IMG/VR virus record: IMGVR_UViG_3300042402_000989 | Location: 2,379 to 66,378 of that record | Origin: a virus | Length of the DNA: 64,000 bases | Reading direction: 5' to 3' (one strand) | Made by a program: the position numbers and the translations under genes | Notes under the pieces: model-generated | Database searches by the model: none | Told to the model about the DNA's origin: nothing | What the model saw: only the letters and a program-made list of their open reading frames with translations | Shown: positions 41,228 through 50,912 of the stretch, one piece after another | Position numbering within the stretch: the first letter of the stretch is position 1 | How the letters are laid out: every line of letters begins with the position of its first letter

Positions 41228-42302
41228 CTACAGTGATATACGTATGGTTCACTTAGAAGTTACGCAACGATGTCAAGCAGCTTGTCCAATGTGTGATCGT
41301 AATGTGAATGGTGGTCCAGACAATCAACATATCACAAATGCAGAACTTAGCTTAGAGGATTGTAAACGTATCTTTACACCTGAGTTTATTGCACAGCTTG
41401 ACACAATGTATATGTGTGGCAACCTGGGTGATCCAATTGTTGCGAAAGATACATTAGAAATATTTGAATATTTTAGACAACATAACACAAAGATGTGGTT
41501 AAGCATGAACACAAATGCCGGTGCAAAAGATGTGTCGTGGTGGACTAAACTAGCTAGTGTGTTTGGACGTAACGGTGCAGTTATTTTTAGTGTTGATGGA
41601 TTAGAAGATACAAATCATTTGTATAGGCAAAACGTTGTATGGGATAACATTAAAAGAAATATGCAAGCATTTATTGCAGCTGGCGGCAGAGCTCGCTGGG
41701 ATTATATTGTGTTTCAACACAATGAACATCAAATTGAACAAGCAGAAGCACTAGCAAAGGAATGGGGCGTTGAAAAGTTTATCAAGAAAAAGACAGGTCG
41801 TTTCATTACAGCGCATAGCATTAGTAAAGATGCACATCAGGCTCAAAATCGAAAAGGCGAGAAAACAACAGTTATTGCAAAACCGACTGATAAGGAAAAT
41901 CAAAATCTCGCACTTCTTAAACAAGCAGAAATCGAAAAGTCTTATGGATCTATGCGAGAGTATTACGATACTTGTAAAATAAAATGTAAGGCAATCGATA
42001 AAAAAGAAATATTCATTACAGCAGAAGGACTATTAATGCCGTGCTGTTGGACTGGAGGTCGCATGTATAAGTGGTGGCATAAAGATTATCGTGTAGAACA
42101 AATTTGGGATCACATTGATGCTGCGGGCGGCAAAGATACTATTAACGTTGTAAACAATAGCATAGAATCTGTAGTAAGCGGACCATTGTTAAGCAGCATT
42201 GAGGATAGTTGGTCAAGGTCAAGTCTTAAGGACGGTAAGTTAGGAGTATGTGCAATGAAATGCGGAGCAGAGTTTGATCCGTTTAATGCACAATTCATTT
42301 AA
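41220..42302 (+). CDS. Radical SAM protein with C-terminal SPASM/Twitch domain
   Basis: CQAACPMC, MCGNLGDP; C-terminal GLLMPCCW..CAMKC; paralog of 24428..25579. Confidence 0.9.
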   Translation: MYNYSDIRMVHLEVTQRCQAACPMCDRNVNGGPDNQHITNAELSLEDCKRIFTPEFIAQLDTMYMCGNLGDPIVAKDTLEIFEYFRQHNTKMWLSMNTNAGAKDVSWWTKLASVFGRNGAVIFSVDGLEDTNHLYRQNVVWDNIKRNMQAFIAAGGRARWDYIVFQHNEHQIEQAEALAKEWGVEKFIKKKTGRFITAHSISKDAHQAQNRKGEKTTVIAKPTDKENQNLALLKQAEIEKSYGSMREYYDTCKIKCKAIDKKEIFITAEGLLMPCCWTGGRMYKWWHKDYRVEQIWDHIDAAGGKDTINVVNNSIESVVSGPLLSSIEDSWSRSSLKDGKLGVCAMKCGAEFDPFNAQFI

Positions 42303-43216
42303 TGGTAAATCGCATAACATTAAACAAGCCCTGGAAAAAAGTAGTTTGGATTACAACCACTGTATGTAACTATTCGTGCAGTTATTGTGCTTCAGATCTA
42401 CACGATGGGAAATATCGATGGGTTGATAATTATGATAACGTTATTAAGGTTATTAACAACTTCAGAAAAAACTCTCCTCTTATACTAGACTTAATGGGCG
42501 GTGAGCCAACGCTATGGCCCGAATTTGAATCATTTTGTAATGCAGTTAACGAACACTCAGAAAAAACTTCTATACAGTTTACTAGTAATGGATCACGCAC
42601 TGTTAGATATTGGGAAAATTTCAATGCACCCATTGATACATTAGGGTTTAGTTTTCATCCCGAATTTGCAACCGAAGATCATTATTTTAAAATACTTAAA
42701 GTTTTACATAATAAGTATAATGTGAAAGTATTTTTAATGATGCCCCCGGGGTATTACGATAGAATAAAAAAGTTTTATTATGATATTGAAAGTAGTGATT
42801 TAAATGTTGATGTTGCTGTTAAATTAATTAAAAATCATGACGGCAGCGGTCTTATAACTGGTTACACAGACGAACATCGTAAATTTTCATTGAATAGATT
42901 ATGGAAATCAAAAATAGATATCATTGATGATTTGCAACCTTTGTATAATGGTAAACCGTTTACTCCACAAAATTTAATCAATGAAGGCAAAGACATGTTT
43001 AAAGGGTGGGGTTGTAATATTGGCATAGATAGGTTAGCTATACAATCCAATGGCGATGTTTATGGTTCTACTTGTTATATAACTCCTCCTTATGGTAACA
43101 TATATAAAGATACCGACATAAAATTACCCAACAGTCCTACTACATGTAATAGAGATTACTGTAGCTGCGGCGCTGATATTGCGATATCGAAAGAAGAAAA
43201 TGTACGCCAGAATTGA
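42302..43216 (+). CDS. Radical SAM protein with C-terminal SPASM-like domain
   Basis: CNYSCSYC, MGGEPTLWP; C-terminal GWGCNIG..GDVYGSTC..CNRDYCSC. Confidence 0.9.
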   Translation: MVNRITLNKPWKKVVWITTTVCNYSCSYCASDLHDGKYRWVDNYDNVIKVINNFRKNSPLILDLMGGEPTLWPEFESFCNAVNEHSEKTSIQFTSNGSRTVRYWENFNAPIDTLGFSFHPEFATEDHYFKILKVLHNKYNVKVFLMMPPGYYDRIKKFYYDIESSDLNVDVAVKLIKNHDGSGLITGYTDEHRKFSLNRLWKSKIDIIDDLQPLYNGKPFTPQNLINEGKDMFKGWGCNIGIDRLAIQSNGDVYGSTCYITPPYGNIYKDTDIKLPNSPTTCNRDYCSCGADIAISKEENVRQN

Positions 43217-43625
43217 TTTAACTAAAACAAATTATAATGTAATTCAACACAGTAAAGTGCTAACAACTGCTCCTGTTGTTGAGTTGCAGCAGATATATAA
43301 AGAGTATTGCAATCACAAAAAATTTAAAAGCGTTATGCCTATATTTGATAGCGAGTTTAACGATATTAATAATGATATCATAGGATATTATGATAACGAT
43401 CAGTTAGTAGGATTTAGTATATTAAGACGATATGATACTAAGAATGTAGAAGCAATACAATTTGCGTGGGATTATAAAAAACCTAAGCTAAGGCTAGGTA
43501 TTAGTAGTTTACAAAGCGAATGTGCGTATTATAAAGAACTAGGCTTTAAGTATCTATACTTGGGCGGCGCTGATGAATATAAAAGTAAAATAGACGGGTT
43601 TGAAATATTAGGCCCGCTGCAATGA
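43200..43625 (+). CDS. Arginyl-tRNA-protein transferase C-terminal (ATE_C/GNAT)-like protein
   Basis: YYDNDQLVGFS..FAWDY..LRLGISSL..E..Y.K..GFKYLYLG matches the ATE/Bpt C-terminal pattern. Confidence 0.6.
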   Translation: MYARIDLTKTNYNVIQHSKVLTTAPVVELQQIYKEYCNHKKFKSVMPIFDSEFNDINNDIIGYYDNDQLVGFSILRRYDTKNVEAIQFAWDYKKPKLRLGISSLQSECAYYKELGFKYLYLGGADEYKSKIDGFEILGPLQ

Positions 43626-43634
43626 GGAATGTAA

Positions 43635-43964
43635 ATGAACTATTATCATATATGGGCTAATCCCAAAGAAGGTGTAGAAGCTAAAGACTTTGCACTAAAG
43701 ATGCGTAAGTTTTTAGATCAACTTGTCTCAATGGATCGTATGCATTCATACAAACTAACACGAATGAAGCTAGGATTCAGAAGCATTGACTTGCCAGAAT
43801 TTCATGTTATAATGGAATTTAAAAATATGCAACAACTAGACGATGCTATGACTGCAGTGTTAGAAGATGAAGATAGTATTGAAACTGTGCATGTTGCATT
43901 TAATCAATTAGTAGACGGTGAAACTATTCACCATGCATTATATAGAGACTATCCAGATGAGTAA
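43635..43964 (+). CDS. Small dimeric alpha/beta-barrel-like protein (DUF6614-like)
   Basis: YHIW, RMKLGFRS..LPEFHVIMEF..M.QLD.A, LYRDYPD; GAGGA RBS. Confidence 0.55.
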   Translation: MNYYHIWANPKEGVEAKDFALKMRKFLDQLVSMDRMHSYKLTRMKLGFRSIDLPEFHVIMEFKNMQQLDDAMTAVLEDEDSIETVHVAFNQLVDGETIHHALYRDYPDE

Positions 43965-45141
43965 TATAAACAGTTGGGATGAATTTCAACCACTAGAAGA
44001 ATTGTTAGTAGGTAGTGTATACGATAGTAGCTTCTTTGACGATGTAAAAAATGTTAAAATACGAGATGCACTAAAAAAGATTGTAGACGAAACAAACGAA
44101 GATTTAGAATATTTTAAGTCTACGTTAAAACAACACAATGTTAAAATATATCAAGCAACACCAACTGAGTTGGGATATAAAAGCAGCATCTTAGAATATG
44201 TTAACGAAAAAGGCGAGCTTGGTTATAAACGCAACGTAGGCGGATCTTTCTTCACAACAGGCGTTAGTGCTAGCTTAATCCCTAATCCTCCGTTGCAGCC
44301 TAGAGACGACAGCATTATTATGGGTAACAAGATTATTGTTACTGATCCTAATACATATGCTATTAAAGCATTGCTACCTAAGTTTGAAGAATGGTTTGGT
44401 AAAGAAAACATTGATACTTCAATGAAGGACGAGCAAGTTCAATTGCCTCGCAGCGACAAAAACTTAAAGAATTACTTAACACGCAACAACATAGAGCCTA
44501 CAGAAGAAAACTTAGAAGCAGCAAGAGCAACAGAAACATTAGGCGGCTTTTGCAGTCCAACACTAACACGTTTAGGTAAAACATGTTTTGTAGATACATG
44601 GCAAGTGCCTACAGTGGTAGAAGATTTCTTAAGTGTTAAAGTCCCAGAGTTTGATTATAAAAAGATCACTATAGGCGGACACAACGATTCTATCTTTAGT
44701 GTTATTAAACCTGGACTAGTAGTTGCAACGAGAGAACTAGAACCATACAAGCATATTTTCAAAGGCTGGGAGATCATTTGGTTTGATGATCCTAACTGGG
44801 GTAATGTTAGACATTGGCTAGACTTACGTGCCAAGAATCGTGGCAAGTGGTGGGTACCAGGTGAAGAAGAAAACGATGAGTTTACGTTCTTTGTTGAGAA
44901 GTTTCTAAGCAACTGGACAGGCATGGCCGAAGAAACAATCTTCGATGTTAACTGTTTAGTTATTGACGACAAGCATGTTGTTGTTAACACAGATAATCCT
45001 TATCTGGTAGATAACTTAAAGCAGCGTGGTATGGAACCAATTGTATGCCCATTGCGTCACAGTTTTTTCTGGGATGGCGGCTGGCATTGCTTAACACTTG
45101 ATATTAAACGCAGAGGTGGACAAGTTGACTACGGAATTTGA
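43957..45141 (+). CDS. Amidinotransferase (glycine/inosamine-phosphate amidinotransferase family)
   Basis: INSWDEFQPLEELLVG, QPRDD, GHND, FDVNCL, GGWHCLTLD with catalytic Cys; start ATG 43957. Confidence 0.85.
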   Translation: MSNINSWDEFQPLEELLVGSVYDSSFFDDVKNVKIRDALKKIVDETNEDLEYFKSTLKQHNVKIYQATPTELGYKSSILEYVNEKGELGYKRNVGGSFFTTGVSASLIPNPPLQPRDDSIIMGNKIIVTDPNTYAIKALLPKFEEWFGKENIDTSMKDEQVQLPRSDKNLKNYLTRNNIEPTEENLEAARATETLGGFCSPTLTRLGKTCFVDTWQVPTVVEDFLSVKVPEFDYKKITIGGHNDSIFSVIKPGLVVATRELEPYKHIFKGWEIIWFDDPNWGNVRHWLDLRAKNRGKWWVPGEEENDEFTFFVEKFLSNWTGMAEETIFDVNCLVIDDKHVVVNTDNPYLVDNLKQRGMEPIVCPLRHSFFWDGGWHCLTLDIKRRGGQVDYGI

Positions 45142-45604
45142 AACATACATGAGTGAGTGGATACTAAACGATCTATCTGCTCCAGTTGCAATGCTAAACA
45201 ACTTTTCTAAATGTCCTTATGCTAAAACAGCATATCTGGAAAACAAAGTAAAGTTTTACGAAATATCTAATACTAACGAAATACACACGCTTGTAGCTAA
45301 TTGGGATGAGCTATTAGATGTTGGTGTTATTCGTTTGCCTGATAGTGTAAACAAAGATAACATAACAACATTAGTAGACAGCTTAAATGATTTGTATATG
45401 CCAGAAGACTTTATATTTTTAGATGACCATACTGATAATGAAGAACGCATGGGCGATATTGTTTTTAACAATGGTAAGTATAATGTTTTATTTCTGCAGA
45501 GAAAAAGCAAATTAGATATTGCAGCAAAGAAATTAGAAAAGCTCGGTTATTACAAAAACTGGACAGAAGAATATTATAAGGAGGTAGTAAGTTGGAGAGT
45601 ATGA
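45125..45604 (+). CDS. Hypothetical protein (DUF1415-like CPYA motif)
   Basis: WI...S.P...LN....CPYAK, DH, GYYKNW; start uncertain (TTG 45125 after GAGGTGG, or ATG 45149). Confidence 0.55.
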   Translation: MTTEFETYMSEWILNDLSAPVAMLNNFSKCPYAKTAYLENKVKFYEISNTNEIHTLVANWDELLDVGVIRLPDSVNKDNITTLVDSLNDLYMPEDFIFLDDHTDNEERMGDIVFNNGKYNVLFLQRKSKLDIAAKKLEKLGYYKNWTEEYYKEVVSWRV

Positions 45605-46449
45605 ATTATGTTACAGAGATCGATGTAAATGGCACGCCATATTGCATAAATGATGTAGTATACGACACCCCATACGGCAAAGTATCTATCGATATAGAAG
45701 CAGTAAATGTGAGTATTTTTTTAAGTGGCGGCATGGATAGTGCTGTTGTGCTATATTTAATTGCTAAAACATTTTCTGAACGTAACATAAAAACAGCCAT
45801 CCAGCCGGTAACAGTTAGGCGTGGTAATCCGACTGGGTTTAAATACTACGATAGAGTTAATATATTTCCGTATGCTGACCGAATTATAAATTATGTAAGA
45901 AGCGCATTTCCAAATGTTATAATATATGATACCATTAAAGAAGACGCAAATTATTGGTGGATAACGACAGTCGATCACCAAGGTCACAAAGGTAGCTATA
46001 CTACTACACAAGAAAACCTTTCTAATTTTCTAACATGGAAATATGCTGACGCTCATATCAATGAAAGATTGTCCGAACATGGTCTAGAACCACAGCAAGG
46101 AATTGACACGCTTTATTGCGAATACTCCGGTGTCACTAAAAATCCACCTAAGGACGCCGATGTTCCTCCTAGCGACGAGTTTCACAGAGATCACACTCAT
46201 AATTATGTAGATGGTTTTGCTACTGCAGTAATGTATGAGAAATTTCACAAGTATTATGAACCAATCAGAAATGCTGATAAGCGAATCACAATGTGGTTAG
46301 CACACGAACTAAATATTTTAGAAGAGTTGCTTTCCATCACAAAAAGTTGTGAAGGCGGAGCAATTGAGACAGAAAACTTTACCAAAGAGTGTATGGAGTG
46401 TTGGTGGTGCTTAGAGCGCCATTGGGCATTAAAAAATTTTAATAAATGA
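45601..46449 (+). CDS. QueC-like PP-loop ATP pyrophosphatase
   Basis: LSGGMDS PP-loop; DKR..., TKSCE..CMECWWCLER Zn motif. Confidence 0.75.
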   Translation: MNYVTEIDVNGTPYCINDVVYDTPYGKVSIDIEAVNVSIFLSGGMDSAVVLYLIAKTFSERNIKTAIQPVTVRRGNPTGFKYYDRVNIFPYADRIINYVRSAFPNVIIYDTIKEDANYWWITTVDHQGHKGSYTTTQENLSNFLTWKYADAHINERLSEHGLEPQQGIDTLYCEYSGVTKNPPKDADVPPSDEFHRDHTHNYVDGFATAVMYEKFHKYYEPIRNADKRITMWLAHELNILEELLSITKSCEGGAIETENFTKECMECWWCLERHWALKNFNK

Positions 46450-47846
46450 CATATAATATAAGTCCAACATTTTGTGCGCTGCCATGGTTACATTTAAGCA
46501 GTAGACCAGATGGCAAAATGCGTACATGTTGCACAAGTAATGCTAGCAGTGTTCAAGATCCAGACAGTAGTAATAAAATAGGCGGCGGCGAAGTTGGCGT
46601 GTTAAAAAACGACGACGGTGTTCCTGCTAACTTTAATACCACAACATTGGCAGAAGCATGGAACGGTGCATACATGCGTAACGTTCGTAAAATGATGTTG
46701 CGGGGCGAACAACCGGCTAGCTGTCTTAAATGCTACAAAGAGGAAAGTGCCGGGCATTTAAGCAAACGTAACTGGGAAACAGACTACTGGGGGCATCGTT
46801 ACGACTTACAACAGCTAGTAGACGAAACTGCAGAAGATGGATCGGTTCCAACTGTAATACGTTATATTGATTTGCGTATGGGAACAAAGTGTCAACTGGC
46901 TTGTGTGATGTGCAGCCCGCATGATAGCTCAGGCTGGATTAAAGACTGGCAGTCTATTACTCCGCAAATTAAAAATGACAAACTAGCACAAACTAGCAAC
47001 TGGAATCGTGGCACCGATACTGGGGCAAGTTATAATTGGCACAAAAACAATCCAATGTTTTGGGATGAACTATACGAGCAAGTGCCTAACTTATATCAAT
47101 TGTATTTTGCCGGTGGTGAAAGTCTCGTAATTGAAGAACATTATGATTTACTAGAAGAATGTATCAAACGGGGATATGCAAAAAACATAGAGTTACGTTA
47201 TAACAGTAACGCCGTTGAATGGCGTGATGACTTGTTTGACTTATGGGCAGAGTTTAAACGAGTTAGATTTCATTACAGCATTGATGCGTATGGTGAGCAA
47301 AATGATTACATACGTTATCCAAGCAACTGGGCGCATCAAGAACGTGTATTTCATTTATTAGATAATACTGCGCCGCAAGTAGAAGTAACAACTGCAACAA
47401 CTATAATGGCGCTTAATATAGCATATATCCCTGAGTTTGTTAAATGGAAAACTCAACAAGGATTTAAAAAAATAAGTGCATGGCCTCTCGGTGCTGGCGG
47501 AATTAATATGCATTTTGCATATTGGCCTCCGCAGTTAAATGTAAAAGTATTGCCTGCACATATTAAACAGCAAATTACAGACAAATATGAAAATGAGTTT
47601 TATCCATGGATAGAAGATAATTGGCAACAGTTTACCAAGGTAAAAGAAAACGATATCGATAAAGAAACGTTTATGAATAACCCATATGGAATCAAACGTT
47701 TTAAAGGCATAATTAATTTTATGAACAGCGAAGACTGGAGTGCAAGATTGCCAGAGACAAAAGAATATTTGCAGTTAGTTAATAGACAACGTAATTGGGA
47801 TAATAAGTTTTTAGAAGTGTTTCCGATTTTTAAGGATATATTATGA
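46446..47846 (+). CDS. Radical SAM protein with N-terminal Twitch/SPASM-like domain
   Basis: CQLACVMC, FAGGES; N-terminal FCALPW..RTCC..CLKC. Confidence 0.9.
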   Translation: MTYNISPTFCALPWLHLSSRPDGKMRTCCTSNASSVQDPDSSNKIGGGEVGVLKNDDGVPANFNTTTLAEAWNGAYMRNVRKMMLRGEQPASCLKCYKEESAGHLSKRNWETDYWGHRYDLQQLVDETAEDGSVPTVIRYIDLRMGTKCQLACVMCSPHDSSGWIKDWQSITPQIKNDKLAQTSNWNRGTDTGASYNWHKNNPMFWDELYEQVPNLYQLYFAGGESLVIEEHYDLLEECIKRGYAKNIELRYNSNAVEWRDDLFDLWAEFKRVRFHYSIDAYGEQNDYIRYPSNWAHQERVFHLLDNTAPQVEVTTATTIMALNIAYIPEFVKWKTQQGFKKISAWPLGAGGINMHFAYWPPQLNVKVLPAHIKQQITDKYENEFYPWIEDNWQQFTKVKENDIDKETFMNNPYGIKRFKGIINFMNSEDWSARLPETKEYLQLVNRQRNWDNKFLEVFPIFKDIL

Positions 47847-48505
47847 TTATACCGCATAGTAGACACGATTTAAATATTGCAGTAAACGATAAAATAAAAC
47901 GGATTGGATTAAAAATATCTGGTGGTGCGGATAGTGCTATTGTAGGTTATATATTATCTAAATATGTTGTTGAAGAAAGACCCGATGTGGTTATTGTTCC
48001 TATTACTGTAGAACAAGAAGGTAAAGCATTTCAAATAACGTTTGCAAAAAGAATAATAGAATATTATAAAACAGTATTCGGAGACATATTTGCAGATCAT
48101 GTTATTGGGTTTAGTCCTATTCCCGAAAGCGATAATTACGTTAGATCACAAGAAATATTAACAAAGCAATTATATCAGACAAAAGAAATTCAATTTCATT
48201 TTGCAGGCATTACACTTAATCCTCCAGCGGGTGCAATACCACAGCACATATACGAGCAAGGTTGGAAAGACCCGCCTGACAGAATAAGAACTAGTATGTT
48301 AAAAAATATATATCAAGATAGTAGATGCTTGCCGTTAATTAATTTTGATAAAAAAGATGTTGCCGAGTTATACGATTATTTTAGTGTTAGAGACACACTG
48401 TTTCCGTTAACCAGAAGTTGTGAAAAATATACAGACGACTTTAGTGAACATTGCGACAACTGTTGGTTTTGTGCAGAAAGAAAATGGGGATTCAGTAGAC
48501 TATGA
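47843..48505 (+). CDS. QueC-like PP-loop ATP pyrophosphatase
   Basis: ISGGADS; PL..FDK; TRSCE..HCDNCWFCAERKWGF. Confidence 0.78.
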   Translation: MIIPHSRHDLNIAVNDKIKRIGLKISGGADSAIVGYILSKYVVEERPDVVIVPITVEQEGKAFQITFAKRIIEYYKTVFGDIFADHVIGFSPIPESDNYVRSQEILTKQLYQTKEIQFHFAGITLNPPAGAIPQHIYEQGWKDPPDRIRTSMLKNIYQDSRCLPLINFDKKDVAELYDYFSVRDTLFPLTRSCEKYTDDFSEHCDNCWFCAERKWGFSRL

Positions 48506-48681
48506 GCGTGGCATATTGTAATATTTGTGGTAGACCTAGCCACTGTGGTATCGCATTGTGGGAAGATTATAGAGACGAACGAACACTCAAATTACATGGT
48601 CAAGTAAAAGTTTGCAACATGTGTCAGTGTAACGAATGTAAAGATAAAGATAGTATATATGACCGAAACGAAAAAAGATAA
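48502..48681 (+). CDS. Small Cys-rich protein, 59 aa (not in ORF track)
   Basis: MSVAYCNICGRPSHCGIALWEDYRDERTLKLHGQVKVCNMCQCNECKDKDSIYDRNEKR; ATGA overlap with the upstream stop; fills the gap before 48659. Confidence 0.7.
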   Translation: MSVAYCNICGRPSHCGIALWEDYRDERTLKLHGQVKVCNMCQCNECKDKDSIYDRNEKR

Positions 48682-50029
48682 GTTTTGTCCACTGCCATGG
48701 AACAGTATAAACTTACGCAATAATGGTGACTTACGTATTTGCTGTAATACAAACAGCTACAGTCCGCAGCGTGGCATTATGCGTAAAGAAGATGGCACGC
48801 CATACAATGCTGGCCGTGACGATTGGAATGAAGCACGTAATGCTACCATACTCAAAGACGTCCGTGCTACTATGCTTAAAGGCGAGTGGCATTCCGAGTG
48901 CGAACGTTGCCGACAAGAGGAAATAAATGGTATACGCAGTCGTCGTGAATACGAAAGTGATGACTGGTCAAAATGGTTTGGAAACTATATCGATTATGAC
49001 AAAGCAGCAGAAATAACCGCAGAAGATGGCACACTTGATGTAAGCAAGCAGGACATTAACTTTGTAGACATACGTTACGGAAACTTTTGTAACTTAAAAT
49101 GTCGTATGTGTGGTCCAACTGATAGCCATCAATGGTATGACGACTTTGTAAAGCTATACGATCAAACAGGTTATAAAGACACACACGAGCGCATACAACT
49201 GGTTAAAAACGATAAAGGTCGTTGGACAACTGACCAATACGATTGGTTCCAAAATAATAATATGTATTGGCATAACTTCGAAAAATATGCAGTAAACGCA
49301 CATAAACTTTATATTGTAGGCGGTGAGCCCCTTATAATAGACGAGCATACGGAAAGTTTAGAACGTATTGTTGCTAGCGGTAATGCGCCAAACATGCGAC
49401 TAGAATACAATACAAACTTAACAATGATGCCAGACAAATTGGTATCACTGTGGGAACACTTTAAAGAAGTTAGAATTGGCGCAAGCGTAGACGGGGTTGG
49501 TGAAGTGTTTAACTATCAGAGAACACCTGCTAATTTTGACGCAGTATATAAAAATCTATTAAAGTTAGATAGCAATGAACGTATTAAGCTAAAAGGATGG
49601 TTTGCATTTACTGTTACACCTTTCAATGTATTTCATTTTCCTGAGTTTATGAAATGGAAATTAACAGAGAGCGGCTTAAATCGTTTTAACAGTATAGATG
49701 ATGCAAGACCAATTGTTAGTCATCATATGTGTCATAGTCCTAAGTATTATAATATAAAAGTGTTACCGTTGTATATAAAAATAAAATTAAAAGAACATTA
49801 TGATAGTTATATCGATTGGGTTAATAGCACAGATCTATCAGCACATGTAAAAAAAGATTTTATTAAAATATGTAACGGTGTGATTAAATTTGCTATGAGC
49901 GAAGATTACAGTGAGCAATGGTTGACAGAATTTATTAATCACACTGTTAAACTAGATAGTATTAGAAATCAAAATATACTTGATATAGTGCCGCAATATA
50001 AAGCGATGTTTGATGCATATAACAAATGA
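48659..50029 (+). CDS. Radical SAM protein with N-terminal Twitch/SPASM-like domain
   Basis: CNLKCRMC, VGGEP; N-terminal FCPLPW..RICC..CERC. Confidence 0.9.
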   Translation: MTETKKDKFCPLPWNSINLRNNGDLRICCNTNSYSPQRGIMRKEDGTPYNAGRDDWNEARNATILKDVRATMLKGEWHSECERCRQEEINGIRSRREYESDDWSKWFGNYIDYDKAAEITAEDGTLDVSKQDINFVDIRYGNFCNLKCRMCGPTDSHQWYDDFVKLYDQTGYKDTHERIQLVKNDKGRWTTDQYDWFQNNNMYWHNFEKYAVNAHKLYIVGGEPLIIDEHTESLERIVASGNAPNMRLEYNTNLTMMPDKLVSLWEHFKEVRIGASVDGVGEVFNYQRTPANFDAVYKNLLKLDSNERIKLKGWFAFTVTPFNVFHFPEFMKWKLTESGLNRFNSIDDARPIVSHHMCHSPKYYNIKVLPLYIKIKLKEHYDSYIDWVNSTDLSAHVKKDFIKICNGVIKFAMSEDYSEQWLTEFINHTVKLDSIRNQNILDIVPQYKAMFDAYNK

Positions 50030-50912
50030 AAACCATGATTGCTGCTTTGTAACAATGTTTGTTCATACAGTATGTAACTTTAAATGTTCGTACTGTAATG
50101 ACTTTCATAATGACGGGTCGTATCGTTGGCCGACTGATTGGGAACCTTATTTAGAGTTTATTCAAAAACTTAAGCAAAGAAAAAAGCATTTGTATATTGA
50201 CTTATTGGGAGGCGAACCTACACTATGGCCTAAGTTTCAAGAGTTTATTAATACAATTACAGACGAAAACGTGTTTATTGAATTTGGAACAAATGGCAGC
50301 AGAACACTGCGCTATTGGGAAGATTTTAATGTTGAACGAGCATTTGTATTTTTAAGCTGGCATTATGAGTTTATTGACGACGATCACTTTTATAACGTAG
50401 CTAAAATATTGCAAGACAAAGTTACAGTTAGTGTTCCGCTTATGGTAACACCCGATAATTTTGAACGTGCTAAAGTAATGTATGATCGCTTAAAAGATTT
50501 AAGAATAGAAATTACTCCTAAGTTTGTTAGAACTAATATAAGCGGGTTTGATTATTATCCATATACAGATGAACAAAAAGAATGGATTGTAAATAACTAT
50601 TATAACAAACAAAAGCCATTTGGTATTAATTGGAAACTGCCACAAGAATTATATTTTAACGGTGTTAAGAAAAAGTTTAACGAAGTGTTAGATACAAATA
50701 TGCACAAGTTCGAAGGCTATACTTGCACTGCTGGTATTAATAGAATAGTAGTCGATCCATCTGGAAATGTTTTAAGATGTAATAAGCGTGTGGGCGGCAG
50801 CTTAGGTAATATATTTAAAAACAATTACGTGTTGCCCGACGATCCAATTGTGTGTGATAAGTTTTCATGCCCATGTAAATCAGATGCTATAGTAGAAAAA
50901 TGGAAATATTAA
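50013..50912 (+). CDS. Radical SAM protein with C-terminal SPASM-like domain
   Basis: CNFKCSYC, LGGEPTLWP; C-terminal CTAG..GNVLRC..CDKFSCPC; paralog of 42302..43216. Confidence 0.9.
   Translation: MHITNENHDCCFVTMFVHTVCNFKCSYCNDFHNDGSYRWPTDWEPYLEFIQKLKQRKKHLYIDLLGGEPTLWPKFQEFINTITDENVFIEFGTNGSRTLRYWEDFNVERAFVFLSWHYEFIDDDHFYNVAKILQDKVTVSVPLMVTPDNFERAKVMYDRLKDLRIEITPKFVRTNISGFDYYPYTDEQKEWIVNNYYNKQKPFGINWKLPQELYFNGVKKKFNEVLDTNMHKFEGYTCTAGINRIVVDPSGNVLRCNKRVGGSLGNIFKNNYVLPDDPIVCDKFSCPCKSDAIVEKWKY

Noticed and set aside
33285-45141. Saxitoxin-like or aminoglycoside biosynthetic gene cluster of bacterial origin
   Set aside because: It shares enzyme families (carbamoyl- and amidinotransferase), but there is no SxtA-type PKS or DOI synthase and the context is phage structural genes.
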